The notes beneath the pieces are model-generated. The model had not been told where the DNA came from and did not search any database. It saw only the letters and a list, made by a program, of their open reading frames with translations. This document shows positions 12,218-26,463 of a stretch of DNA of 64,000 bases, in pieces (positions within the stretch are counted from its first letter, which is position 1; every line of letters starts with the position of its first letter). The DNA is from Ranitomeya imitator (Eukaryota): assembly GCF_032444005.1 (NCBI RefSeq), contig NC_091288.1, forward strand, positions 207,018,001 through 207,082,000, written 5' to 3'. The translations under genes were made by a program, and so were the position numbers.

Positions 12218-12425
12218 CTCCTCCCCAGGTCCACACTGACCTCACGCCGTGTCCTGCCACCCCCAGCACTGACGTATAACCCCGGTGTCCTCGGTGCCGC
12301 CGCTGCTCCCGGGATGTTCCGCCGCCGCCGCCGCTTCCTCTCACCTCTCTGAGGCGCCGGTACCAGCTTTACAAAGAGGGCGTGGCGCAGAACTGACTGA
12401 CAACTGCGATAACCAATCAGCACTA
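12218..12425 (-). promoter_or_regulatory. CpG-rich promoter and candidate non-coding first exon, probably of RAB26
   Basis: (CCG)n-rich CpG patch, GC-box GAGGGCGTGGC at 12376-12386, CCAAT box AACCAATCAG at 12411-12420, and a minus-strand donor GAG|GTAACG at 12218/12217. Confidence 0.55.
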
Positions 12426-12518
12426 ACTACACTATTGGAAAGAACATATCAACCTATGAAAATACTGCAAAGGCGGGATTATGTAAATGACCCCGGACAG
12501 ATGTTTTCGCTACCTTTT

Positions 12519-15500
12519 CCAGCTCACCCTGTAATCTGTGAGCCTCCCTCAGCTCCTCCTGTAATCCGTGAGCCTCCCTCAGCTCCTCCTGTAATCCGTG
12601 AGCCTCCCTCAGCTCCCCCTGTAATCCGTGAGCCTCCCTCAGCTCCCCCTGTAATCCGTGAGCCTCCCTCAGCTCCTCCTGTAATCCGTGAGCCTCCTTC
12701 AGTTCCTCCTGTAACCTGTGAGCCTCCCTCAGCTCCCCCTGTAATCCATGAGCCTCCCTCAGCTCCTCCTGTAATCCGTGAGCCTCCCTCAGCTCCTCCT
12801 GTAATCCGTGAGCCTCCCTCAGCTCCCCCTGTAATCCGTGAGCCTCCCTCAGCTCCTCCTGTAATCCGTGAGCCTCCCTCAGCTCCTCCTGTAATCCGTG
12901 AGCCTCCTTCAGTTCCTCCTGTAACCTGTGAGCCTCCCTCAGCTCCCCCTGTAATCCATGAGCCTCCCTCAGCTCCTCCTGTAATCCGTGAGCCTCCCTC
13001 AGCTCCCCCTGTAATCCGTGAGCCTCCCTCAGCTCCCCCTGTAATCCGTGAGCCTCCTTCAGTTCCTCCTGTAACCTGTGAGCCTCCTTCAGTTCCTCCT
13101 GTAACCTGTGAGCCTCCCTCAGCTCCCCCTGTAATCCGTGAGCCTCCTTCAGTTCCTCCTGTAACCTGTGAGCCTCCCTCAGCTCCCCCTGTAATCCATG
13201 AGCCTCCCTCAGCTCCTCCTGTAATCCGTGAGCCTCCCTCAGCTCCCCCTGTAATCCGTGAGCCTCCCTCAGCTCCTCCTGTAATCCGTGAGCCTCCTTC
13301 AGTTCCTCCTGTAACCTGTGAGCCTCCTTCAGTTCCTCCTGTAACCTGTGAGCCTCCCTCAGCTCCTCCTGTAATCCGTGAGCCTCCTTCAGTTCCTCCT
13401 GTAACCTGTGAGCCTCCTTCAGTTCCTCCTGTAACCTGTGAGCCTCCTTCAGCTCCTCCTGTAATCCGTGAGCCTCCCTCAGCTCCCCCTGTAATCCGTG
13501 AGCCTCCTTCAGTTCATCCTGTAACCTGTGAGCCTCCTTCAGTTCCTCCTGTAATCTGTGAGCCTCCCTCAGCTCCTCCTGTAATCCGTGAGCCTCCCTC
13601 AGCTCCTCCTGTAATCCGTGAGCCTCCCTCAGCTCCCCCTGTAATCCGTGAGCCTCCTTCAGTTCCTCCTGTAACCTGTGAGCCTCCCTCAGCTCCCCCT
13701 GTAATCCGTGAGCCTCCCTCAGCTCCTCCTGCAATCCGTGAGCCTCCCTCAGCTCCCCCTGTAATCCGTGAGCCTCCCTCATCTCCCCCTGTAATCCGTG
13801 AGCCTCCCTCAGTTCCTCCTGTAACCATTGAGCCTCCCTCAGCTCCCCCTGTAATCCGTGAGCCTCCCTCAGCTCCTCCTGTAATCCGTGAGCCTCCCTC
13901 AGCTCCCCCTGTAATCCGTGAGCCTCCCTCAGTTCCTCCTGTAATCTGTGAGCCTCCCTCACTCCCCCTGTAATCCGTGAGCCTCCCTCAGCTCCCCCTG
14001 TAATCCGTGAGCCTCCTTCAGTTCCTCCTGTAACCTGTGAGCCTCTTTCAGTTCCTCCTGTAACCTGTGAGCCTCCCTCAGCTCCCCCTGTAATCCGTGA
14101 GCCTCCCTCAGCTCCTCCTGTAATCCGTGAGCCTCCTTCAGTTCCTCCTGTAACCTGTGAGCCTCCTTCAGTTCCTCCTGTAACCTGTGAGCCTCCCTCA
14201 GCTCCTCCTGTAATCCGTGAGCCTCCTTCAGTTCCTCCTGTAACCTGTGAGCCTCCTTCAGTTCCTCCTGTAACCCGTGAGCCTCCCTCAGCTCCCCCTG
14301 TAATCCGTGAGCCTCCTTCAGTTCATCCTGTAACCTGTGAGCCTCCTTCAGTTCCTCCTGTAATCTGTGAGCCTCCCTCAGCTCCTCCTGTAATCCGTGA
14401 GCCTCCCTCAGCTCCTCCTGTAATCCGTGAGCCTCCCTCAGCTCCCCCTGTAATCCGTGAGCCTCCTTCAGTTCCTCCTGTAACCTGTGAGCCTCCCTCA
14501 GCTCCCCCTGTAATCCGTGAGCCTCCCTCAGCTCCTCCTGCAATCCGTGAGCCTCCCTCAGCTCCCCCTGTAATCCGTGAGCCTCCCTCATCTCCCCCTG
14601 TAATCCGTGAGCCTCCCTCAGTTCCTCCTGTAACCATTGAGCCTCCCTCAGCTCCCCCTGTAATCCGTGAGCCTCCCTCAGCTCCTCCTGTAATCCGTGA
14701 GCCTCCCTCAGCTCCCCCTGTAATCCGTGAGCCTCCCTCAGTTCCTCCTGTAATCTGTGAGCCTCCCTCACTCCCCCTGTAATCCGTGAGCCTCCCTCAG
14801 CTCCCCCTGTAATCCGTGAGCCTCCCTCAGCTCCTCCTGTAATCCGTGAGCCTCCCTCAGTTCCCCCTGTAATCCGTGAGCCTCCCTCAGCTCCTCCTGT
14901 AATCCGTGAGCCTCCCTCAGTTCCCCCTGTAATCCGTGAGCCTCCCTCACTCCCCCTGTAATCCGTGAGCCTCCCTCAGCTCCCCCTGTAATCCGTGAGC
15001 CTCCCTCAGCTCCTCCTGTAATCCGTGAGCCTCCCTCAGTTCCCCCTGTAATCCGTGAGCCTCCCTCAACTCCTCCTGTAATCCGTGAGCCTCCCTCAGC
15101 TCCTCCTGTAAGCCGTGAGCCTCCCTCAGTTCCCCCTGTAATCCGTGAGCCTCCCTCACTCCCTCTGTAATCCGTGAGCCTCCCTCACTCCCCCTGTAAT
15201 CCGTGAGCCTCCCTCAGCTCCCCCTGTAATCCGTGAGCCTCCCTCAGCTCCTCCTGTAAACCGTGAGCCTCCCTCAGTTCCTCCTGTAATCTGTGAGCCT
15301 CCCACAGCTCCCCCGGTAATCTGTGAGCCTCCCTCAGCTCCTCCCGTAATCCGTGAGCCTCCCTCAGCTCCTCCCGTAATCCGTGAGCCTCCCTCAGCTC
15401 CTCCTGTAATCTGTGAGCCTCCCTCAGCTCCCCCTGTAATCCGTGAGCCACCCTCAGCTCCTCCTGTAATCCGTGAGCCTCCCTCAGCTCCTCCTGTAAT

Positions 15501-18500
15501 CTGTGAGCTTCCCTCAGCTCCTCCTGTAATCTGTGAGCCTCCCTCAGCTTCCCCTGTAATCCGTGAGCCTCCCTCAGCTCCTCCTGTAATCCGTGAGCCT
15601 CCCTCAGCTCCTCCTGTAATCTGTGAGCCTCCCTCAGCTCCTCCTGTAATCCGCGAGCCTCCCTCAGCTCCTCCCGTAATCTGTGAGCCTCCCTCAGCTC
15701 CCCTGTAATCTGTGAGCCTCCCTCAGCTCCTCCTGTAATCTGTGAGCCTCCCTCAGCTCCTCCTGTAATCTGTGAGCCTCCCTCAGCTCCTCCTGTAATC
15801 TGTGAACCTCCCTCAGATCCTCCTGTAATCTGCGAGCCTCCCTCATCTCCCCCTGTAATCTGTGAGCCTCCCTCAGCTCCTCCTGTAATCTGAGCCTCCC
15901 TCAGCTCCTCCTGTAATCTGTGAGCCTCCCTCAGCTCCTCCTGTAATCTGTGAGCCTCCCTCATCTCCCCCTGTAATCTGTGAGCCTCCCTCAGCTCCTC
16001 CTGTAATCCGTGAGCCTCCCTCAGCTCCTCCTGTAATCCGTGAGCCTCCCTCAGCTCCCCCTGTAATCCGTGAGCCTCCCTCAGCTCCTCCTGTAATCCG
16101 TGAGCCTCCCTCAGCTCCCCCTGTAATCCGTGAGCCTCCCTCAGCTCCTCCTGTAATCCGTGAGCCTCCTTCAGTTCCTCCTGTAACCTGTGAGCCTCCC
16201 TCAGCTCCCCCTGTAATCTGTGAGCCTCCCTCAGCTCCTCCTGTAATCCGTGAGCCTCCCTCAGCTCCTCCTGTAATCCGTGAGCCTCCCTCAGCTCCCC
16301 CTGTAATCCGTGAGCCTCCTTCAGTTCCTCCTGTAACCTCTGAGCCTCCTTCAGTTCCTCCTGTAATCTGTGAGCCTCCCTCAGCTCCTCCTGTAATCCG
16401 TGAGCCTCCCTCAGCTCCTCCTGTAATCCGTGAGCCTCCCTCAGCTCCCCCTGTAATCCGTGAGCCTCCTTCAGTTCCTCCTGTAATCCGTGAGCCTCCC
16501 TCAGTTCCTCCTGTAACCCTTGAGCCTCCCTCAGCTCCCCCTGTAATCCGTGAGCCTCCCTCAGCTCCTCCTGTAATCCGTGAGCCTCCCTCAGCTCCCC
16601 CTGTAATCCGTGAGCCTCCCTCAGTTCCTCCTGTAATCTGTGAGCCTCCCTCACTCCCCTGTAATCCGTGAGCCTCCCTCAGCTCCCCCTGTAATCCGTG
16701 AGCCTCCCTCAGCTCCTCCTGTAATCCGTGAGCCTCCCTCAGTTCCTCCTGTAATCTGTGAGCCTCCCACAGCTCCCCCGGTAATCTGTGAGCCTCCCTC
16801 AGCTCCTCCTGTAATCCGTGAGCCTCCCTCAGTTCCTCCTGTAATCTGTGAGCCTCCCACAGCTCCCCCGGTAATCTGTGAGCCGCCCTCAGCTCCTCCC
16901 GTAATCCGTGAGCCTCCCTCAGCTCCCCCTGTAATCCGTGAGCCTCCCTCAGTTCCTCCTGTAATCTGTGAGCCTCCCTCACTCCCCTGTAATCCGTGAG
17001 CCTCCCTCAGCTCCCCCTGTAATCCGTGAGCCTCCCTCAGCTCCTCCTGTAATCCGTGAGCCTCCCTCAGTTCCTCCTGTAATCTGTGAGCCTCCCACAG
17101 CTCCCCCGGTAATCTGTGAGCCTCCCTCAGCTCCTCCTGTAATCCGTGAGCCTCCCTCAGCTCCTCCTGTAATCCGTGAGCCTCCCTCAGCTCCCCCTGT
17201 AATCAGTGAGCCTCCCTCAGCTCCCCCTGTAATCCGTGAGCCTCCCTCAGCTCCTCCTGTAATCCGTGAGCCTCCTTCAGTTCCTCCTGTAACTTGTGAG
17301 CCTCCCTCAGCTCCTCCTGTAATCTGTGAGCCTCCCTCAGCTCCTCCTGTAATCCGTGAGCCTCCCTCAGCTCCTCCTGTAATCCGTGAGCCTCCCTCAG
17401 CTCCCCCTGTAATCCGTGAGCCTCCTTCAGTTCCTCCTGTAACCTGTGAGCCTCCCTCAGCTCCCCCTGTAATCCGTGAGCCTCCCTCAGCTCCTCCTGC
17501 AATCCGTTAGCCTCCCTCAGCTCCCCCTGTAATCCGTGAGCCTCCCACATCTCCCCCTGTAATCCATGAGCCTCCCTCAGCTCCTCCTGTAATCCGTGAG
17601 CCTCCTTCAGTTCCTCCTGTAACCTGTGAGCCTCCCTCATCTCCCCCTGTAATCCGTGAGCCTCCCTCAGCTCCTCCTGTAATCCGTGAGCCTCCCTCAG
17701 TTCCTCCTGTAATCTGTGAGCCTCCCACAGCTCCCCCGGTAATCTGTGAGCCGCCCTCAGCTCCTCCCGTAATCCGTGAGCCTCCCTCAGCTCCTCCTGT
17801 AATCCGTGAGCCTCCCTCAGCTCCTCCTGTAATCTGTGAGCCTCCCTCAGCTCCCCCTGTAATCCGTGAGCCACCCTCAGCTCCTCCTGTAATCCGTGAG
17901 CCTCCCTCAGCTCCTCCTGTAATCTGTGAGCCTCCCTCAGCTCCTCCTGTAATCTGTGAGCCTCCCTCAGCTCCTCCTGTAATCTGTGAGCCTCCCTCAG
18001 CTCCTCCTGTAATCTGTGAGCCTCCCTCAGCTCCTCCTGTAATCTGTGAGCCTCCCTCAGATCCTCCTGTAATCTGTGAGCCTCCCTCATCTCCCCCTGT
18101 AATCTGTGAGCCTCCCTCAGCTCCTCCTGTAATCCGTGAGCCTCCCTCAGTTCCCCCTGTAATCCGTGAGCCTCCCTCAGCTCCTCCTGTAATCCGTGAG
18201 CCTCCCTCAGCTCCTCCTGTAAGCCGTGAGCCTCCCTCAGTTCCCCCTGTAATCTGTGAGCCTCCCTCACTCCCTCTGTAATCCGTGAGCCTCCCTCACT
18301 CCCCCTGTAATCCGTGAGCCTCCCTCAGCTCCCCCTGTAATCCGTGAGCCTCCCTCAGCTCCTCCTGTAATCCGTGAGCCTCCCTCAGTTCCTCCTGTAA
18401 TCTGTGAGCCTCCCACAGCTCCCCCGGTAATCTGTGAGCCTCCCTCAGCTCCTCCTGTAATCCGTGAGCCTCCCTCAGCTCCTCCTGTAATCCGTGAGCC

Positions 18501-19343
18501 TCCCTCAGCTCCTCCTGTAATCTGTGAGCCTCCCTCAGCTCCCCCTGTAATCCGTGAGCCACCCTCAGCTCCTCCTGTAATCCGTGAGCCTCCCTCAGCT
18601 CCTCCTGTAAGCCGTGAGCCTCCCTCAGTTCCCCCTGTAATCCGTGAGCCTCCCTCACTCCCTCTGTAATCCGTGAGCCTCCCTCACTCCCCCTGTAATC
18701 CGTGAGCCTCCCTCAGCTCCCCCTGTAATCCGTGAGCCTCCCTCAGCTCCTCCTGTAATCCGTGAGCCTCCCTCAGTTCCTCCTGTAATCTGTGAGCCTC
18801 CCACAGCTCCCCCGGTAATCTGTGAGCCTCCCTCAGCTCCTCCTGTAATCCGTGAGCCTCCCTCAGCTCCTCCTGTAATCCGTGAGCCTCCCTCAGCTCC
18901 TCCTGTAATCTGTGAGCCTCCCTCAGCTCCCCCTGTAATCCGTGAGCCTCCCTCAGCTCCTCCTGTCATCCGTGAGCCTCCCTCAGCTCCTCCTGTAATC
19001 TGTGAGCCTCCCTCAGCTCCTCCTGTAATCCGCGAGCCTCCCTCAGCTCCTCCTGTAATCTGTGAGCCTCCCTCAGCTCCCCCTGTAATCTGTGAGCCTC
19101 CCTCAGCTCCTCCTGTAATCTGAGCCTCCCTCAGCTCCTCCTGTAATCTGTGAGCCTCCCTCAGCTCCTCCTGTAATCTGTGAGCCTCCCTCAGCTCCTC
19201 CTGTAATCCGTGAGCCTCCCTCAGCTCCTCCTGTAATCTGTGAGCCTCCCTCAGATCCTCCTGTAATCTGTGAGCCTCCCTCAGCTCCTCCTGTAATCTG
19301 TGAGCCTCCCTCAGCTCCTCCTGTAATCCACGAGCCTCCCTCA
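12519..19343 (+). repeat. 6.8-kb 30-bp satellite (gagcctccctcagctcctcctgtaatccgt), about 225 copies with higher-order blocks
   Basis: Seen directly. It explains all EPPSAPPVIR / ELREAHGLQE / GGAEGGSRIT ORFs. Identical ORFs at 13514 and 14323 show an 809-bp block duplication. Confidence 0.98.
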
Positions 19344-19730
19344 AAGAAAATAAAGGGAAGATGATAAAATAAGGGGAAGTAAGAAAAGTGAGATAACAGA
19401 GTAGAGATCGACACGTGAGAGGAAAAGACAGAGAAGAGAAGTGAGAGAGCGGGAGAGAGAAAGAGAAGAAAGGGAGATAAAAGTGGGAGAGAGCAGAGAT
19501 AACAGAGAAGAGAGCGACCAGTGAGAGGGAATAAAGGAAGAGAGAAGTGAAAGAAGAGAAACAGAGGAGTGAGGGAAAAAAGAGAGGAGAGATGAAAGCG
19601 ACAAGTGAGAGGGAAAGATATAGGAAGGGGAGAGAGTAGAGAAAGAAAAGTAAGAGAGAAAAATGGAGGGAGAGAGAAAGAAGAAAGAGGAGAGAGAATT
19701 AAGAGAAAGGAGTGAAAAGAAAGAAAGTTC
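19344..19730 (+). repeat. Polypurine (A/G) low-complexity tract
   Basis: About 390 nt, almost exclusively A/G on the plus strand. Confidence 0.9.
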
Positions 19731-19946
19731 CATCCCAATAAACAGATGTATTGATTGACTTATGTGAAGAGGTGTCAACATTTCTGCTCAAGAGCAAGTG
19801 AGAGCGCGGGAGACTGTGGGTGGACACATATAATAGTAAATGAATACAGAGATATTAGCTGGATTCCTACATAGAGAATGCTGATAGATATGAGACAGAT
19901 AAATATAGAATAAATCTAGATAGATAACAGATAGTAAATGGATATT

Positions 19947-20150
19947 GGCGCAGTGGTCAGCGCTGGACAACATCTGCAAGGAGTTTGTATGTTCTCCCCG
20001 TGTTTTCGTGGGTTTCTTCTGGGCACTCCGGTTTCCTCCCACATTCCAAAGACACACTGATAGGTAATCTAGATTGTGAGACCCATCGGGGACAGTGATG
20101 ATGTCTGTAAAGTGCTGTGGAATTAATGGTGCTATATAAATAAGTAAAAT
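19947..20150 (+). mobile_element. V-SINE-like element with L2-type tail
   Basis: Core tgtatgttctccccgtg...gggtttc...ctccggtttcctcccacattccaaagac (V-domain-like) and tail ctgtaaagtgctgtggaattaatggtgctatataaataa. Confidence 0.8.
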
Positions 20151-20242
20151 AAATATATACCTACATAGACAATACCTATAATATCTAGCGACAGACAGAC
20201 CTTCTACTCCCGTTGCTGATATGCAAAATCTATAGGTTCAAC

Positions 20243-20260
20243 ACTGCCCCCTGCTGTTCA
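20243..20260 (-). promoter_or_regulatory. CTCF-like motif
   Basis: Minus strand reads AACAGCAGGGGGCAGT, against consensus CCASYAGRKGGCRS. Confidence 0.45.
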
Positions 20261-20787
20261 TAAGAGGTAATTCTTCAGATAGTTGTACATTTTTTTCACT
20301 CTATTTTAGATTCACTAAATTTCCATTTCTTTCCTTTATTTTGTCTCTTCTCAGGCCGCAGCCTCCTAACATTCAGCTTTGATAACACTTTCGGCTTTTC
20401 TTACGATGCTTCTATCGGCACGACCAAAAAAGTTGCACATTTGCTCTTTTTTTCTTACAATTGTATTCTGTTTTTTTTTGTCTCTGTTGAATCAAGGGGA
20501 GACAATCCCAAAGCTGTGACCTGCAGCGAGAAGCGTCACATTTTCCTTCTGCTTCAGATGAATGGAAGATAGGAGTATATATAGACAGACAGCAGAGATA
20601 CCTGGTAAACATGTAATTACCGCCTCAAAGGTGAGAAATGTCTGTGATCAGCTGCAGATTATAGGAATTATTTCTATTGTGTCCAGTGAAGAAATCCCCC
20701 AGACGGCGCACGCAGTAAATAGCTGCGGCCTAAAAATACATTTTACATTCACTCAAGCATTAAACAGATGGTGTAAAATCTCCTTTA

Positions 20788-21168
20788 GGGTATGTGCCCA
20801 CATCGCGGATTTCTGTGCGGATTTTTCCGCTCAGTTTTTGAAAAATCCGCATGTAAAACGCACTGCGTTTTACCTGCTGATTACCCACGGATTTACTGCG
20901 GATTTCCAGCGTTTTTTGTGCAGATTCCACCTGCGAATTCCTATTATGGAGCAGGTGTAAAACGCTGCAGAATCTGCACAAAGAACTGACATGCTGCGGA
21001 AAATACAACGCAGCGTTTCCGCGCCGTTTTTTTCCGCAGCATGTGCACCGCAGATTTTGTTTTCCATAGGTTTACATGGTACTGTAAACTCAGGGAAAAC
21101 TGCTGCGAATCCGCAACGTCCAATCCGCTGTGGATCCGCAGCAAAATCCGCAACGTGTGCACACAGCC
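20788..21168. mobile_element. PIF/Harbinger-type MITE
   Basis: TTA|GGGTATGTGCCCACA...TGTGCACACAGCC|TTA. Imperfect TIR with internal ccgc(a/g)g repeats. Confidence 0.8.
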
Positions 21169-21481
21169 TTATACCTTCCAGGTAGCTGCGCTTCCAGCAC
21201 TTTGGGCAAGACAAGTACCTTGTACCACCTAAATTAAGGACCCCCCTTTTATCAGTCCAGTATTGGATCCTTTATCCCCCATGTGCATTGTATTTCTTAG
21301 AATTTAGAGGGTTTGACAATTTTCTTAAATCAAACAGAAAATTGTAAAAATGAAAAGTTATACTTTGATATATTGTTTGATTGTTTTTTTATCTTTTCAT
21401 CTCATCTTCTTAAGATGAAACAATGTTATTACTCTAGCCCTATTTCTAATCTATCCATAACTCTAATCCCAGCCCCATCCC

Positions 21482-22050
21482 TAGTATTATTACTTTATAA
21501 GGAGGCACTGAGGATATTATTATTTTATAAGGGGGAATTCAGGATATTATTACTTTATAAGGGGGAATTCAGGATATTATTACTTTATAAGGGGGAATTC
21601 AGGATATTATTACTTTATAAGGAGGCACTCAGGGTATTTATTACTTTATAAGGAGGCACTCAGGGTATTATTACTTTATAAGGAGGCACTCAGGGTATTT
21701 ATTACTTTATAAGGAGGCACTCAGGGTATTTATTACTTTATAAGGAGGCACTCAGGGTATTATTACTTTATAAGGAGGCACTCAGGGTATTTATTACTTT
21801 ATAAGGAGGCACTCAGGGTATTTATTACTTTATAAGGAGGCACTCAAGGTATTTATTACTTTATAAGGAGGCACTCAGGGTATTTATTACTTTATAAGGA
21901 GGCACTCAGGGTATTTATTACTTTATAAGGAGGCACTCAGGGTATTTATTACTTTATAAGGAGGCACTCAGGGTATTTATTACTTTATAAGGAGGCACTC
22001 AGGGTATTTATTACTTTATAAGGGGGCACTCAGGGTATTATTACTTTGTA
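21482..22050 (+). repeat. 30/31-bp minisatellite (ttattactttataaggaggcactcagggtat)
   Basis: Period measured (21781 to 21812). Confidence 0.95.
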
Positions 22051-22240
22051 AGAGGGCACTCAAAGCAGCAAAAGACACAGAAATGGGAGTGCCAGCAGGA
22101 TGGGGAGTTTGTGCATGTGAAAAATAGGAGGTTATAGCGCTGGGAAGGAGAGAATTGGAATATGTCTTTGTTGTAAGTCATGGCTAGAAGAAGTCATCAT
22201 GATGGTCTGGGCCAAACGTAAGATACAGAAAAAGTGAAAG

Positions 22241-22958
22241 GGTGTCACCTGAAAAGTGAAAAAAAACATCACCTGAAAAGTGCAAAGACGTCACCTGAAA
22301 AGTGAAACTATGTCACCTGAAAAGTAAAAGGGTGTCACCTGAAAAGTGAGAGGACGTCACCTGAAAAATGAAAGGATGTCACCTGAAAAGTGCAAAGGGC
22401 GTCACTTGAAAAGTGAAAAGATGTCACCTGAAAAGGTAAAGGGTGTCACCTGAAAAGTGAAAAAAAATCACCTGAAAAGTGCAAAGACATCACCTGAAAA
22501 GTGAAAATACGTCACCTGAAAAGGGAGAGGACGTCGTCACCTGAAAAATGAAAGGATGTCACCTGAAAAATGCAAAGGGCGTCACTTGAAAAGTGAAAAG
22601 ATGTCACCTGAAAAGGTAAAGGGTGTCACTTGAAAAGTCAAAGGGCGTCACCTGAAAAGTGAAAGGGCGTCACCTGAAAAGTGAAAGGGCGTCACCTGAA
22701 AAATGAAAGGATGTCACCTGAAAAGTGCAAAGGGCGTCACTTGAAAAGTGAAAAGATGTCACGTGAAAAGTTAAAGGGCGTCACCTGAAAAGTGAAAAGG
22801 CGTCACCTGAAAAGTGAAAAGGCATTGCCTGAAAAGTGAAAAGGCGTCACCTGAAAAGTGAAAAGGCATTGCCTGAAAAGTGAAAAGGCGTCACCTGAAA
22901 AGTGAAAAGGCATTGCCTGAAAAGTGAAAAGATGTCACCTGGAAAGTGAAAAGACGTC
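22241..22958 (+). repeat. ~20-23-bp minisatellite (gtcacctgaaaagtgaaaagg)
   Basis: Seen directly. Unit length varies. Confidence 0.93.
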
Positions 22959-23940
22959 AGCTTAGAGTCTGTATATATAGCTATACTGCGCTCATACTCT
23001 GCAGGACTGGTATCTACCACTATACGGTCACTGTATGGCGGCATTATCGTGCTTGGTCTCTGTATAGTGCTTTTGATAGTCGTCCTCTGAGGAGCCCACC
23101 ATAATATGGGTGCACCTTTGTCGTTGTTGGCATGCTTTACCTGGTGCCACTCAGATGTGTTTCGCCCTTCATCAGTGTCGGACTCCTGAGTGTTCGGTAA
23201 ATGTAGTTTAGTTCAGAGAGGATTGTCCTTTTATTTAGCGCTAAAAGCATAGACCCCCCCTCCCGGATCCTATGTGATATCATGGTGTCATTCCGCGCAC
23301 TAATAATATGTTACTACCGTGCGGGTAGACGCCAGCTGTACATTACGTCCCACCGCGCCATTTCCAGCATCTCCTATTATCCATTGTCCATGGACCTTTG
23401 TGTTGAGCAGCACGGAGCGCCTAAGTGGATTTTTCCGTGTCTCTGTTTGCACAGCGGATTGCAGATTTTCCACAACTTTGCATGATAATGAAGCTGAATT
23501 GCAAATTGCCAACCTGGGTGTGATCAGGGCTGTATTGTCATCTCACTGTATAGATCAACGCCGACTGTACGAAAGTCAGATCCTCCCGATTCCTCCATTA
23601 CCGGACAATTAACCCCCTCACAGCTGAGACCATGGTTCATTTTTTTATGTTTCCGTTTTTTTCCTCCTCTTCAACCAAGAGCCATAACGTTTTTATTTTT
23701 CCTTCCACATATCCATATGGAGGCTGGATATTTGCAAGTTCTTGACACCATTCACTTTACAGTGTACTGAAAAAAAAAATGTGATTTGTACCACCATTCT
23801 TCAAGGCCAGTAGATTATCCATGGAGCTGTGTGAGGGCTTGTTTTTAGTTCATTGAGCGGTTTTATTTATATTATTACCATTTTGGGGTCCATTATTGTA
23901 TTTTTGGGGGAGGTGTGATGACCAAAATGGCTGATAGAAG

Positions 23941-23980
<40 letters not shown>
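23941..23980 (+). repeat. (GATA)n microsatellite; its terminal TA is the Tc1 target site
   Basis: Seen directly. Confidence 0.95.
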
Positions 23981-25584
<1,604 letters not shown>

Positions 25585-25793
25585 NNNNNNNNNNNNNNNN
25601 NNNNNNNNNNNNNNNNNNNNNNNNNNNNNNNNNNNNNNNNNNNNNNNNNNNNNNNNNNNNNNNNNNNNNNNNNNNNNNNNNNNNNNNNNNNNNNNNNNNN
25701 NNNNNNNNNNNNNNNNNNNNNNNNNNNNNNNNNNNNNNNNNNNNNNNNNNNNNNNNNNNNNNNNNNNNNNNNNNNNNNNNNNNNNNNNNNNNN
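25585..25793. other. Assembly gap (209 N)
   Basis: Run of N. Confidence 1.
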
Positions 25794-25951
25794 CATGCTA
25801 GGTGATGCTCACAGTTCACCTCTGTCCCTCCCTGCACAGTGACTTCTGCACAGATCACAGAGCATGCCCACTACATCTCCAGCCTACCATTGGTTGTTAT
25901 TGTTACCTGCCACCATTTGGCTGCTGTATAGGATATCTCTTAATGTTGTTA

Positions 25952-26463
25952 GGCTTTGTTCACACATTGTGTTTTTTATGCGTTTTTTCCACAGCCAAAA
26001 CCTGCTCTCTTGTCAGTAATAAACTTGCTGCAAAAAAAGCATTTTTTTTTTAGTTTTTGTTGCGTTTTTTGCTACATTTGTGCTGCGTTGTTGGCACAGT
26101 ACATTTGTGTCTTGTGAACGCTGATAAAGTTTAGTGCATAAAAAAAATCTGATTCTGCTCCATCGGGTTTTGTCACCAAAACTGCAGCAAAACTGATACC
26201 TGCGTCATTTCAGCGTTTTTTCTGCATCTTTTTGCACCATTCATTGCTTTCAATGGGTGAAACGCGCTGAAAAAACTCTAAAAGAAGTAACATGCTCCAG
26301 TCTGCAAAGCCCAAGGTTCTGCACAAAATACTCAAGACAAAAAAAAAAGCTGTGTGCATGAGATTTCTGAAATCTCATAGACTTTGCTGGTACTGGAAAA
26401 CGCAGGTGAAATTTTGCATAGAAAAACGCATTAAAAAAAAAAACGCAACGTGTGAGCATAGCC
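25952..26463. mobile_element. PIF/Harbinger-type MITE, same family as 39759-40192
   Basis: TTA|GGCTTTGTTCACAC...GTGTGAGCATAGCC|TTC. Shares catgagatttctgaaatctcatag with the 39.8-kb copy. Confidence 0.75.

Noticed and set aside
12285-19344. Long Pro-rich, coiled-coil-like and Gly-rich ORFs (up to 562 aa)
   Set aside because: They are translations of a 30-bp satellite, open in several frames on both strands and broken by recurrent 1-2-nt indels. No gene structure supports them.
19344-19730. Link to the well-known human PKD1 polypyrimidine tract
   Set aside because: The human tract is deep within the gene (intron 21). This one is intergenic and not positionally homologous.
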